Origin: Felis catus
Lineage: Eukaryota
Length of the DNA stretch: 64,000 bases
Assembly (NCBI RefSeq): GCF_018350175.1
Contig: NC_058373.1
Location: forward strand, 118,298,001 to 118,362,000
Direction of reading: 5' to 3'
Numbering within the stretch: position 1 is the stretch's first letter; every line of letters begins with the position of its first letter. The notes beneath the pieces are model-generated. The model ran no database searches. It was not told where the DNA came from and saw only the letters and a list, made by a program, of their open reading frames with translations. Both the position numbers and the translations under genes were made by a program. Below are positions 11,199 through 23,729 of the stretch, one piece after another.

Positions 11199-12593
11199 GG
11201 GTGAATGGGTGACCCCTTGGAGCTCGGTCAGGCCGATGTGTGATAACGGTGGAACAGATAAGACAGAAAAGTTGGTGTTGGGATAACCATGCCATCTTGC
11301 AATGGATACACAAACCTTTGGGCAAAGAGGGAATTAGAGGTAATTAAAATAGCTATACTGATAAAAAAGTCAAATGACTGTTCTAGGAAAATATGTGAAC
11401 AGGGAGAGAGGGAATGAAGCCTAGAGAAACAATTTCCAATTAAGTTGAACAGAGCTGCTCTGTCTTACAAGCAGCAAAAATCAATTCTAGGTATAGCTTA
11501 GCCGTTGGCATAAGATGTAGATAAAGCATTTCCTTCTCCTACCACTTTTCCAAAAGATCAAATTATGCCAACAATAACAATGGGTTAAATATAATGATCC
11601 TCTATGATGTGCCAGACACTATGTTAACAGTACTTAAGCATTCATCATCCTATTTAATTCTCTCAAAAATCCCATAAGGCTGGTATCATCATACTACAAA
11701 TGAGAAAACAAATTTGGTATATATTTTCATTTGCTTAATACATTTTTATATTTTCATTTGCTTAATGTTTAATTCGCTACAGAATTAATTTCATCTCTTT
11801 GAAGTTTTTTTCCCTCAGTAATGTTCATAATATCTCAAAGCACTACTATTCTTTCCTGTCTCTCTTTATGAAAATCTCTTAATCCTTGCTCCTTTACTCC
11901 AGACATCTTTTCCATCAGTTTCTATTCCTTATCCCAGCTCTCTATCATAGTTAGTATGGAGCAAGCACCTTCCCCTGCCCTATACTTCAATCACTCCCTC
12001 TTCAAGATGGGCAACCATGCTTATGGCATCGGTATTACTTACCCCAGGGCTTGTCTTAAAAGACTAGCTCACTCATAGACTGGGAGCCGCTTGTGGGCAG
12101 GGAAAGGACTATGTTCTATTAGTTTTGTACATGCCATTGTAAATAGGCACTGTAAATTCAGAAATAGGTAGCGGAACGTTAACAGATAACGATATTCAGA
12201 AAGACCTGGGTTTAAATCCTGTCTGTGCAATTTGGGAAATTTATTCAACCTCTCTGAGTCTCATTTTCCTGATTCATATTGCTTACCTCAAAGGGTTGTT
12301 GTGGGGATTAAATGAGAAAATGCTGAGTCCTCATCATGATGTGGCAGGCACTGTGCTAATATCTGCTCAATAAATTGTGCCTATCGTTGGTATTATAAAC
12401 ATTTGTTAGATGAAATGAAAAGCCATTTGGTGCACATGATTATAATAGATTTTTTTGTTTTTGTTTTTAAAAGAGACTCTCTGAAGGAAAAGCATTGGTA
12501 GCTTCCTCAGAAAGGAATGGGGTACTGTCTCCCCGTTTTGAGCTCTTTCTCAAAAGAAATGAAGAAATGGCGATTGTAAGAGTTCAAATTCTA

Positions 12594-12808
12594 GGGACAC
12601 CTGGGTGGCTCGGTCGGTTAAGCGTCCGACTTCAGCTCAGGTCATGATCTCACGGTCCGTGAGTTCGAGCCCCGCGTCGGGCTCTGTGCTGACAGCTCAG
12701 AGCCTGGAGCCTGTTTCAGATTCTGTGTCTCTCTCTCTCTCTCTCTGCCCCTCCCCTGTTCATGCTATCTCTCTCTGTCTCAAAAATAAATAAACGTTAA
12801 AAAAAAAA
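12594..12808 (+). mobile_element. Young felid Can-SINE
   Basis: tRNA-derived head, (CT)n region and A tail. TSD AGTTCAAATTCTA at 12581-12593 and 12809-12821. Confidence 0.95.
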
Positions 12809-13044
12809 AGTTCAAATTCTAAAAGTCTATTATTTAAGTTATATATAGACTCTTTGCTGACTTCAGAGTCAACACCAAGTATTAACTCAGTATCCTGGAA
12901 ACAACAACTTTTAGTTAGTCCTCAATGCCTTCACAAAGGTAAATTTTAGGACACTTGTTACAGAAGATGAAATGAACTAAGAAGCCAAAAGAAGTGCCTT
13001 TTTCTTTATGAGCCTCTTGTGGTAGGATGGAGACGAGGTGAATC

Positions 13045-13266
13045 CAAGTCTTCTTAACCTTGGCACTACTGATAACTTGGGCCAGAAAATTCCTTGCTGT
13101 GAGGGCTGCCATTGTGTGCACTGAAGGATGTTTAGTAGCATCCCTAGCCTCAGCCCAGATGACAGTAGCAGCCACTCCCTACCAGCCTGTGACACCCCAA
13201 AATGTCACCAATGAAAGCCAAATTTTCCCTGAGAGGGGCAAAACTGCCTCGGGTTGAGAGCCACTC
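13045..13266 (-). mobile_element. MER20 (hAT-Charlie)
   Basis: Matches the reverse complement of the MER20 consensus (ggatgtttagtagcatccct; gtgacaccccaaaatgtc; ggggcaaaactgcctcgggttgagagccact). Confidence 0.85.
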
Positions 13267-13638
13267 TGCTAAAGAAAGCATACGCTGGAACCAACTCTGA
13301 TGACTGCTGCTTCTGGAGAACTGGCTGGATACTCTGAATAGTTAAGTGGGAAGTAAAGCAGTGGGTTGGGACTACAGAAGCTCTTAACAGAATGGGATCA
13401 AAGACAGAAAGGTACATGCAGTGATGAATGCAGACATTCTAGGAAAAAGGAACGGGAACAAAGCACAAAGACATCGTGGAAAAGGGGAATTAACAAATCT
13501 GAGACATCATCCAACAGGGAAATTAACAGGTCCGACCAGCTCTTGGGAAGCTCAGAATGCCCACCGAGAGTGAGTGAGCTGTGTCATGAAAGTACAAGCT
13601 TCACAGAGAACAGCTGAGCAGGCTAAGAGGGCACCAAC

Positions 13639-13788
13639 CTTGAAAGGCAGGAGACTGTGGTGCTAGCACTGTCACCGGTTTGGTCATTGGGGCAGATGAG
13701 AAGGGATCCTCCGTGGGTGTGCTGAAGGCATTGGTGATCTGTGAGCACAGGGAGCTGATACTCTCTGCCTCCCCTTCTACTTCTGGCA
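13639..13788 (-). CDS. NUMB: NUMB coding exon (150 nt)
   Basis: ttgcAG acceptor and CAAG|GTTGGT donor. Reads VPEVEGEAESISSLCSQITNAFSTPTEDPFSSAPMTKPVTVLAPQSPAFQ. Confidence 0.96.
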
Positions 13789-14328
13789 CTGCAAGGCAAA
13801 CAGAAAATGGTTCCAGACAGAAAAACTAATCCTGAAATATAACAGTATGACACAAGGTGGCATTTTATAACACATCCCTTATTTGCGAAAGGAAAAGTCT
13901 CAACTGTCAAGTGGGGCTATAAAAGCAGCTTCAAAAATTTAGTATAAAATGTCAACAATTTATGTACTAAGGACTATCTTCCTCCCTGCAAATGCCCAGT
14001 TCTTTATTTCCTTTCCTGTGTGAAACTACTGAGAAGTTGGTATTCTTTTTTTGTGTCAGTTAGCTACATTTTTCTGGAAGACATCTGCAACCTGTTTGCC
14101 TTCCAACTAATTCCCAAGGCTGTGATCTGCATAGAGTTCTGGAGCCACTTAGTAACTCTATCAGAAGATGGGTTAAAATCAGGGGCACCAGTGGCAGCTT
14201 AGTCCTTCTCTCTGTAATAAGCTACAGTAATATCATCACTCATTTTTTTTTCCTGAAGTAGCAAGTATGTGAACTGTGATAACATGAAAAAGTAAACTGA
14301 AATCCAGGACTCTATAGGCTTTGTTCTT

Positions 14329-14546
14329 TAAAAAAAATTTTTTTTAATGTTTATTTTTGAGAGAGAGACACACACACACAGAGTGTGAGGGGGGCGGCAG
14401 AGAAAGAGGGAGACACAGAATCTGAAACAGGCTCCAGGTTCTGAGCTGTCAGCACAGAGTGCGACGCAGGGCTTGAACCCACGAACCATGAGATCATGAC
14501 CTGAGCTGAAGAGGGATGCTTAACAGACTGAGCACCCAGGTGCTCC
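14329..14546 (-). mobile_element. Can-SINE
   Basis: TSD TAGGCTTTGTTCTT at 14315-14328 and 14547-14560. Confidence 0.93.
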
Positions 14547-15579
14547 TAGGCTTTGTTCTTAATATTGACTCTGGGATACTTCTGTCACAGGGGAAGCTGA
14601 TAATGTGTGGTGAACCTTTGGTTTGCTCAACTATGAAAAGAATGGTTTTTGTTTCCCATCTGCTCCAGAAGAAGACTGAAGACAAGGTATTAGAAGCATC
14701 TGGAGTTTCCATTTTTATAGGTGTTGAGAGCTGGAAAGACCCTCAGTAATCATCCAGGCCAACTGTTGTTTAGGCCTCCTTTCATCCGTCAAAAGAACTT
14801 AACACTCTGGACTTTTATACCATCACTGGGAGTGTCTTATTGAAACAGTCTTCCTCATATTCTGTTATAGCACTGGCTTGTCATGTCTCAGAGTGAAGTA
14901 AAATAGAGCCCAATAAAAGCACTGACCAGATCTGACACTTTAGCTCTGGATCTTATGATGAGGATAGAGCTACCAGGGCTGGCTCAGCTGTACAGGGGCC
15001 ACACAAAGGCCTGTGTGGCGGTTCTGAAAGGTAATGAATATATGTGAGCAAGCTCACTGTCTCTGATGAAAAACAGATTTTTGATTTAAACAGGAGACCC
15101 GTTTTGAGTTTCCTCCGTACGGAGTCAACCAGCCACAAGGACAATGAGCACTTATCCATTTCTCCTGGTACATCTGAGAGTAATGCTATTTGAATAGATG
15201 TGTTTCCAAAGCCTTTTAAATTAATTCTCTGTTGGGTCCCAAATGGCAGGATTAGAATGGAAACTCGAGACCCTTGATGTTTGGAAGCAGGTTGGCTGAG
15301 AGGTAGCACACTTCCATCAGGACAAATCACAAACCTTGTAGCTCAGTGTAGGAATTTCCATCATGGCTCTGATACCTATCTGTTGAAGAGAAATGAAGGA
15401 TTCACGACCCTCTCCATGAACCTTACTTTTCTCTCAATGGGAAATGACACAAGATACATACAACCATCAACCAGGCTCAGAAGAGAGGGTGGCTAGTTTG
15501 ATGGGTTTAGTGTTACCACTGGAAATAACGATAGTGCTTCAGTGCAAAGCACTTATGAGTCAGGTGGATGCTGCATTAC

Positions 15580-15873
15580 CTGCATTTTTTATGGGGAAAT
15601 CAGTCTTCCTCTGCATAGTGGAAGGCAACTCATTGATGCGCAGGGATAGTTGGCGTTTAAAGGGTGACATCTTCTGGCTAAGAGCAGGAAATCCTCGGAA
15701 AGAGCCTTGGCGAGCAAGTTGTTCAATGGGCGCATGCCGGCGTGGGATGGCATGAGGATTGTTCGTCTCCAGAGAGGCAGTGGCATCCAAAGTGGGAGAG
15801 GTGGGAGAGGATGGGGATGGGGCAGTGTTGCCAGGAGCCACTGATGAGCCAACGGCTGTCTTATCTGTTTCAG
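15580..15873 (-). CDS. NUMB: NUMB coding exon (294 nt; NumbF region with RQGSFR and RQLSLR phospho-motifs)
   Basis: tcttgAG acceptor and GCAG|GTAATG donor. Reads AETDKTAVGSSVAPGN...PHAIPRRHAPIEQLARQGSFRGFPALSQKMSPFKRQLSLRINELPSTMQRKTDFPIKNA. Confidence 0.97.
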
Positions 15874-17765
15874 CTCAAGAAAGTCAAGAGAAAGAGGACC
15901 TTAGCAGTCTTCAAATAATTCCGGCTTATACAGTCAAGGAACTCAAAACCTTCTTATGTCCTTTTACCCATCTGCTTCCCAAAGTCTCTTAAAGGGCAGG
16001 TTACAAGCAGGGCTCAGATCTCCTACGTTTCAGACAAATAAAAGGTTTAATATCCTACTACGTGTCACATGATATATCTACTAAGACACAAATATCAGAT
16101 CTTTGATTCTCATGCAATGATTCATAACTTAAGATTTTCTTTAAGACACTGACCAAGATTAAAAAAAAAAAAACCCAGCACCTATGAACTCCTAATGTGA
16201 GATCGTTTATAGAATGATGATTCATAGTTTTCAATGTTTGCTTGTTTTTTGGGAGAGAGGACTTTGGAAGTGGCAGAGTCAGAAAGGTCTAAACAAGTGT
16301 AAGTTTGATTAGATATTAAAGAATGTCAAAAGGCAGTCTTTAAATCACAAACAATGTGCATTTGTGTCTCATTTGAATAAAAGCATACAGAAGCAAAATT
16401 TTAAAGTTTTTTTTTTTTTTTTAATCTATACCCGACATGGGGCTCCAACTCACCACCGTGAGAGTTGCACGCTTCACCAACGGAGCCAGCCAGGCACCCC
16501 CATAAGTAAAAGTTTAAACTGGATTATACCTAAATACAAAACTATTTCCATGTAAGTACCAGCTGAGTCCCATTCTGAATGTGGTAAATCTCTACCTGCC
16601 TCCCCTCATAATGCTCTAGATGTTAGACTCAACCACTTTGGCAGCTGCTGTGTGTAGCCAAGAGTATTATTTGATGGTATTAAAGAATATGCTTCCAGTC
16701 TGAAAAATCACTGTAGCACACTAAATAATAGCTATGCATATTAAATTTTCTGATAAAAATAGCATGGTATTTTATTCTTTGGTATTCTGGCACAAATGTT
16801 TATAAGAAATAAAAAAAAATTCACAATCAAGAATTTAATTTCAAATAAAATGTGTACCCTTTTTTTACCTTAAGAATTAGAGTTGTTTGGGTCAGTATTC
16901 AATGAATGGCATTCTTTAGTGGCTGGTTTAGAACTAAAAGCATACAGTAAAAAATGAGCAAGATTTTTATCAAATCTTGTATATTTATACTGAACTTTTT
17001 AATTCCAAAATATTCCTTGTGGGTTTCAACTCTAGCTGCACACAAGAATGCAAAGCATTTCCCCCCAAGCCCTATCATTTAGTTTTACAATACACTCAAA
17101 CCCAACTTTACACAAGAGACTTCTGAGTGACCTGAATTGTCCGCACAGGTATTTCTGCTATGCTGCCATGTGTATCTGCAAAAAAATCACACTTTGCAAA
17201 ATCACACACTAAAATTTGGCTATGGGAAAAAGAGGGGTTAGCTTCTATGGACTTTTTTCACTAAAGCACTAAAACACAGTAATAATCTAATAAGAACAAC
17301 ATCACTGTGAAATTTCTACCCACATTTGTACCTAGCATCACCATCAGTGGGTCCTTTGTAGCCTAAACCTGCAACTTGTACTTCTTCCTTCAAGAATGTA
17401 GGTCCTTGGTAGCAAGTACCTCTCACAGAGATCAGATACATCAAAATCAGAAGTCTGTTCCAGGATGTAGATTTCCCCAATTTTGTTTTTAAACACGGGG
17501 GGTAATGTCTTTGCAGCTTCTTCAGCTGCACTCTCAGCCTCCTCAGACAGCTTCTGGTAATGGAAAGAGTAAATACTTTGGAAGCCACTAAACCACTTAC
17601 TGTAAAGGAAAGGCCTTTGTTTAGGTTTTCAGCTTTGTTCTTAAAGTCGTCATATACTGCTAAGAGTTCTCTTTGTGAGAAAGCTTGCCCCTGAGAGCTT
17701 CCAAATATTAACCTGCTGGGAAAAATGGCTTAAATAAACATAAATTGTAATAGAACAGATTGTAC

Positions 17766-17970
17766 CTTTCTTGGCATCTTGGATTTGTTTCATAATCTCC
17801 TCTCTTTCTGCTTGCTCTGTGGCTGTTGTGACACGGAATGATCCTTCTCTTGTGAAAGTGGTCCGACTGGCATCAAAAGTAGCAGTCACTCCACATTCCT
17901 TCTCCCGCTTCTGTTTCCGTTCCAAACAGGCTGCAAATGCACAGCCTACTGCATGACTCAATCTCTCACC
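17766..17970 (-). CDS. NUMB: NUMB coding exon (205 nt; end of PTB domain)
   Basis: tacAG acceptor and AAAG|GTACAA donor. Reads [68 protein letters not shown]. Confidence 0.97.
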
Positions 17971-20203
17971 CTGTACATAACAGAAGGTTTAAAAAAACTT
18001 TTTTAGAGTTACAGTACAATTACAAATAAGCTTGGACCACAAACAAGTCTGTTTTCTTAAATTAAATTTTATTTTTTTAATTTACATCCAAGTTAGTTAG
18101 CATATAGTGCAGCAGTGATTTAGGAGTAGATTCCTTAATACCCCTTACCCATTTAGCCCATCCCCCCTCCCACAACCCCTCCAGTAACCCTCTGTTTGTT
18201 TTCCATATTTAAGAGTCTCTTATGTTTTGTCCCCCTCCCTGTTTTTATATAATTTTTGCTTCCTTTCCCTTGTGTTCATTTGTTCTGTGTCTTAAAGTCC
18301 TCATATGAGTGAAGTCATACGATATTTGTCTTTCTCTAATTTTGTTTAGCATAATACCCTCTAGTTCCATCCACGTAGTTGCAAATGGCAAGATTTCATT
18401 CTTTTTGATTGCCAAATAATACTCCATTGTATATATATATACACCATATCTTCTTTATCCATTCATCCATTGATGGACATTTGGGTTCTTTCCATACTTT
18501 GGCTATTGCTGATAGTGCTGCTATAAACATTGGGGTGCATGTGCCCCTTTGAAACAGCATACCTGTATCCCTTAGATAAATACCTAGTAGTGCAATTTCT
18601 GGGTCGTAGTTGCACCCAGTTCTATTTTTAATTTTTTTGAGGAACCTCCATACTGTTTTCCAGAGTGGCTGCACCCGTTTGCATTCCCACCAGCAGTGCA
18701 AAAGAGATCCTCTTTCTCCGCATCCTCGCCAACATCTGTTGTTGCCTGAATTGTTAATGTTAGTCACTCTGACAGGCGTGAGGTGGTATTTCACTGTGGT
18801 TTTGATTTGTATTTCCCTCATGATGAGTGATGTTGAGCATTTTTTCATGTGTCGGATAGCCATCTGGATGTCTTCTTTGGAGAAGTGTCTATTTGTGTCT
18901 TTTGCTCATTTCTTCACTGGATTATTTTTCTGTGTTGAGTTTGGTAAGTTCTTCATAGATTTTGGATACTAACCCTTTATCTGATATGTCTTTTGCAAAT
19001 ATCTTCTCCCATTCCATCGGTTGCCTTTCAGTTTTGCTGTTTCCTGGATGTGCAGAAGCTTTTTATTTTGATGAGGTCCCAATAGTTCATTTTTGCCTTT
19101 GTTTCCCTTGCCTCTGGAGACGTGTTGAGTAAGAAGTTGCTGCAGCCAAGATCAAAGAGGTTTTTGCCTGCTTTCTCCTTGAGGATTTTGATGGCTTCCT
19201 GTCTTACATTCAGGTCTGTCATCCATTTTGAGTTTATTTTTATGTATGGTGTCAGAAAGTGGTCCAGGTTCATTCTTCTGCATGTCGCTTTCCAGTTTTC
19301 CCAGCACCACTTGCTGAAAAGACAGTCTTTATTCCACTAGATATTCTTTCCTGCTTTGTCAAAGATTAGTTGGCCATACGTTTGTGGGTCCATTTCTGGG
19401 TTCTCTATTCTGTTCCATTGATCTGAGTGTCTGTTCTTGTGCCAGTACCACACTGTCTTGATGATTACAGCTTTATAATACAGCTTGGAGTCCAGGATTG
19501 TGATGTCTCCTGCTTTGGTTTTCTTTTTCAAGATTGCTTTGGCTATTCGGGGTCTTTTCTGGTTCCATACAAATTTTAGGATTGTTTGTTCTAGCTCTGT
19601 GAAGAATTCTGGTGTTATTTTGTTAGGGATTGCATTGAATATGTAGATTGCTTTGGGTAGTATTGACATTTTAATATTTGTTCCTCCTATCAAGGAGCAT
19701 GAAATATGTTTCCATTTTTTTGTGTTTTCTTCAATTTCTTTCATAAGCTTTCTATAGTTTTCAGTGTATAGATTTTTCACCTTTTTGGTTAGATTTATTC
19801 CTAGGTTTTTTATGGTTTTTGGTGTAATTGTAAATGGGATCAGTTCCTTGATTTCTCTTTCTGTTGCTTCATTGTTGTATAGGAATGCAACTGATTTCTG
19901 TGCATTGATTTTATATCCTGCAACTTTGCTGAATTCATGAATCAGTTCTAGCAGTTTTTTTGTGGAATCTTTAGGGTTTTCCATGTAGAGTATCATGTTA
20001 TCTGCGAAGAGTGAAAGTTTGACCTCCTCCTGGCCAATTTGGATGTCTTTTATTTCTTTGTGTTGTCTGATTGCTGAGGCTAAGACTTCCAATACTATGT
20101 TGAATAACAGTGGCGAGAGTGGACATCCCTGTCATGTTCCTGACCTTAGGGGAAAAGCTCTCAGTTTTACTTCATTGAGGATGATGTTAGCGTTGGGTCT
20201 TTC

Positions 20204-20415
20204 TTCTTTTTTCAACGTTTATTTATTTTTGGGACAGAGAGAGACGGAGCATGAACGGGGGAGGGGCAGAGAGAGAGGGAGACACAGAATCGGAAACAGG
20301 CTCCAGGCTCTGAGCCATCAGCCCAGAGCCCGACATGGGGCTCGAACTCATGGACCGCGAGATCGTGACCTGGCTGAAGTCGGACGCTTAACCGACTGCG
20401 CCACCCAGGCGCCCC
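20204..20415 (-). mobile_element. Young felid Can-SINE nested in L1 ORF2
   Basis: TSD AGCGTTGGGTCTTTC at 20189-20203 and 20417-20431. CpG-rich body. Confidence 0.95.
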
Positions 20416-21484
20416 AAGCGTTGGGTCTTTCATATATGGCTTTTATGATCTTGAGGTACACTCCTTCTATCCCTACTTTCTTGAGGGTTTTTATCAAGAA
20501 AGGATGCTGTATATTGTCAAATGCTTTCTCTGCATCTATTGAGAGGATCACACGGATCTTTTCCTTTCTTTTATTGATGTGACGAATCACAGATTGTTTT
20601 GTGGATATTGAACCAGCCCTACATCCCAGGTATAAATCTCACTTGGTTGTGGTGGATAATTTTTTTAATGTATTGTTGAAACTGGTTGGCTAATATCTTG
20701 AGGATTTTGCATCCATGTTCGTCAGGGAAATTGGTCTATAGTTCTTCATTTTATTGGGGTCTTTGGTCTTGGCTTCATAGAAAGAGTTTGGAAGTTTTCC
20801 TTCCATTTCTATTTTTTGGAACAGCTTCAAGAGAATAGGTGTTAACTCTTTCTTAAATGTTTGGTAGAATCCCCCTGGAAAGCCATCTGGCCCTGGACTC
20901 TTGTTTTTTGGGAGATTTTTGATTACTAATTTGATTTCTTTACTGGTTATGGGCCTGTTCAAATTTTCTATTTCTTCCTGTTTTGGTTTTGGTAGTATAC
21001 ATGTTTCTAGGAATTTGTCCATTTCTTCCAGATTGCAAATTTTATTGGCATATAATTGTTCATAATATTCTATTATTGTTTTTATTTCTGCTGTATTGGT
21101 TGTGATCTCTCCTCTTCCATTCTTGATTTTATTTATTTGGGCCCTTTCCTTTTTGATCAAACTGGCTAGTGATTTATCAATTTTATTAATTCTTTCAAAG
21201 AACCAGCTTCTGGTTTCATTGATCTGTTCTACTGTTTTTTTTTGGTTTCGATAGCATTAATTTCTGCTCTAATCTTTATTACTTCCTGTCTTCTGCTGGT
21301 TTTGGATTTTATTTGCTGTTCTTTTTCCAGCTCTTTAAGGTATAAGGTCAGGTTGTGTATCTGAGACCTTTCTTCCTTCTTTAGGAAGGCCTGGATTGCT
21401 ATATACTTTCCTTTTATGACCACCTTTGCTGCATCCCAGAGATTTGGGGCTGTGGTGTTATCATTTTCATTGGCTTCCATGTAC

Positions 21485-21711
21485 TTTTTTTTTTTTTTTA
21501 ATTTTTTCAATGTTTTTATTTTTTGAGAGGCAGAGAGAAACAGAGTATGAGCAGGGGAGGGGTAGAGAGAGAGGGAGACACAGATTCCAAAGCAGGCTTC
21601 AGGCTCTGAGCTGTCAGCACAGAGCCCGATGCAGGGCTCGAACCCATGAGCATGAGATCATGACCTGAGTCAAAGTCGGACACTCAACCGACTGAGCCAC
21701 CCAGGTGCCTC
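21485..21711 (-). mobile_element. Can-SINE nested in L1 ORF2
   Basis: SINE body flanked by CCATGTACT repeats. Confidence 0.9.
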
Positions 21712-23729
21712 CCATGTACTCTTTAACTTCCCATGTACTTTCTTTAACTTCTTGGTTAGTCCATTCATTCCTTTAGTTCTTTAGTCTCCAAGTATTTGTT
21801 TCCTTTCTAAATTTTTTCTTGTGGTTGATTTTGAGTTTCATAGCGTTGTGGTCTGAAAATATGCATGGTATGATCTCGATCTTTCTGTACTTGTTGAGGG
21901 CTGATTTGTGTCCCAGTATGTGGTCGATTCTGGAGAACACTCCATGTGCACTGGAGAAGAATATATATTCCGCTGCTTTAGGATGAAATGTTCTGAATAT
22001 ATCTGTTAAGTTCATCTGGTCTAGTGTGTCATTCAAAGCCATTGTTTCCTTGTTGATTTTCTGATTAGATAATCTGTCCATTGCTGTAAGTGGGATGTTG
22101 AAGTCCCCTACTATAAAGGTATTATTTTCAATGAGTTTGTTTGTGATTGATTTATATATCTTGGTGCTCCCACATTTGGAGCATAAATGTTTACAACTGT
22201 TTGGTTTTCTTGGTAGACAGACTCCTGAATTATGATATAATGCCCTTCTTCATCTCTTGTTACAGTCTTTATTTTAAAGTCTAGATTGTCTGATATAAAT
22301 ATGGCTACTCCAGCTTTCTTTTGTTGACCATTAGCATGATAGATGGTTCTCCATCTCCTTATTTTCAATCTGAAGGTGTCCTTAGGTCTAAAGTGGGTCT
22401 CTTGTAAACAGCATATAGATGGATCTTGTTTTCTTATTCATTCTGTTACCCTTTGTCTTTTGATTGGAGCATTTAGTCCATTGATGTTTAGAGTAAGTAC
22501 TGAAAGATATGAATTTATTGCCATTATGTTGCTTGTGGAGTTTGAGTTTCTGGTGGTGTTCTCTGGTCCTTTCTAGTCTTTGTTGCTTTGGGTATGTATG
22601 TATGTATGTATGTATGTATGTATGTATGTATGCATTTATTTATTTATTTCATCTTTGCTCTCCTCAGAGAGTTCCCCCTTAAAATTCTTGCAGGACTGGT
22701 TTAGTGGTCACAAACTCCTTTAATTTTTGTTTGTCTGGGAAACTTTTAATCTCTCCTATTTTGAATAACAGCCTTGCTGGATAAAGAATTCTTGGCTGCA
22801 TATTTTTCTGATTCAGCACATTGAATATATTGTGCCAATCCTTTCTGGCCTGCCAAGTTTCTGTGGATAGGTCTGCTGCAAACCTGTTCTGTCTTCCTTT
22901 GTAGGTTAAAGACTTTTTTCCCCCTGCTGCTTTCATGATTCTTTCCTGGCCCGAGTATTTTGTGAATTTGACTATGATATGCTTTGTTGACAGTCGTTTT
23001 TTGTTGAATCTAATGGGAGTCCTCTGTGCTTCCTAGATTTTTATGTCTGTGTCTTTCCCACGTTAGGAAAGTTTTCTGCTATGATTTGCTCACATAACCC
23101 TTTTACCCTTTTTCTCTCTTTTCATCTTCTGGGACCCCTATGATTCTGATGTTGTTCCTTTTTAATGAGTCACTGATTTCTCTAATTCTTAAGTCATGCT
23201 CTTTTGCCTTAGTCTCCCTCTTTTTTTCTGTTTCATTATTCTCCAGAAGTTTGTCCTCTATATCGCTGATTCCCTGCTCTACCTCATCCATCCTTGCTGC
23301 CATGGCATCCATTCGAGATTGCAGCTCAGTTATATCATTTTTTATTTCATCCTGACTAGCTTTTATTTCTTTTACCTCCACAGAAAGGGATTCTAATCTA
23401 TTTTCGACTCCACCTAATCTCCTTATTACCATGATTCTAAATTCTGGTTCAGACATCTTGCTTGTATCTGTGTTGGTTAAGTCCCTGGCTGTCGTTTCTT
23501 CCTGCTCTTTCTTTTGGGGTGAATTCCTGCTGAGTTCTGTGGTTCAGGTTGTGCAGATTGTTGTGTTAATCCTCAATCAGTTTTCTAGGTCTGCAGGATG
23601 GTTTAGTGTTGATCTGGCTGTATTTCATGGACACAAGACGCAAAAAATACTTTCATGCTGTTCTGCCATCTTCAAATAAGTCTGTTTTTACACAAGGCAA
23701 AATGTTGGCAAGTCCAGCTTAAAATTATA

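Larger units (their letters stand above)
18056..23673 (-). mobile_element. Carnivore/felid LINE-1 with intact termini but internally deleted 5'UTR; inactive
   Basis: TSD AAA(C/T)AAGTCTGTTTT at 18041-18055 and 23674-23688. The 5' end reads GAAGATGGCAG. ORF1 fragments at 23526 to about 22660. ORF2 starts MAINSYLSVLTLNINGLNAPIKR at 22524, with endonuclease, RT and C-terminal fragments in the ORF track. Multiple stops and frameshifts, RT motif FADN, and two nested SINEs. Confidence 0.95.

Noticed and set aside
10966..11325. 119-aa ORF extending the PRR exon by 56 codons upstream
   Set aside because: Only 11010-11156 matches NUMB and has proper splice sites. The extension overlaps intronic splicing elements and has no supported start.
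12594..12680. tRNA-like A/B-box sequences
   Set aside because: These are tRNA-derived SINE heads followed by (CT)n and A tails, not tRNA genes.
18056..23673. Possibly active full-length L1
   Set aside because: There is an in-frame TGA at 22440-22438 early in ORF2, many frameshifts, RT motif FADN instead of FADD, two nested SINEs and no ORF1 start.
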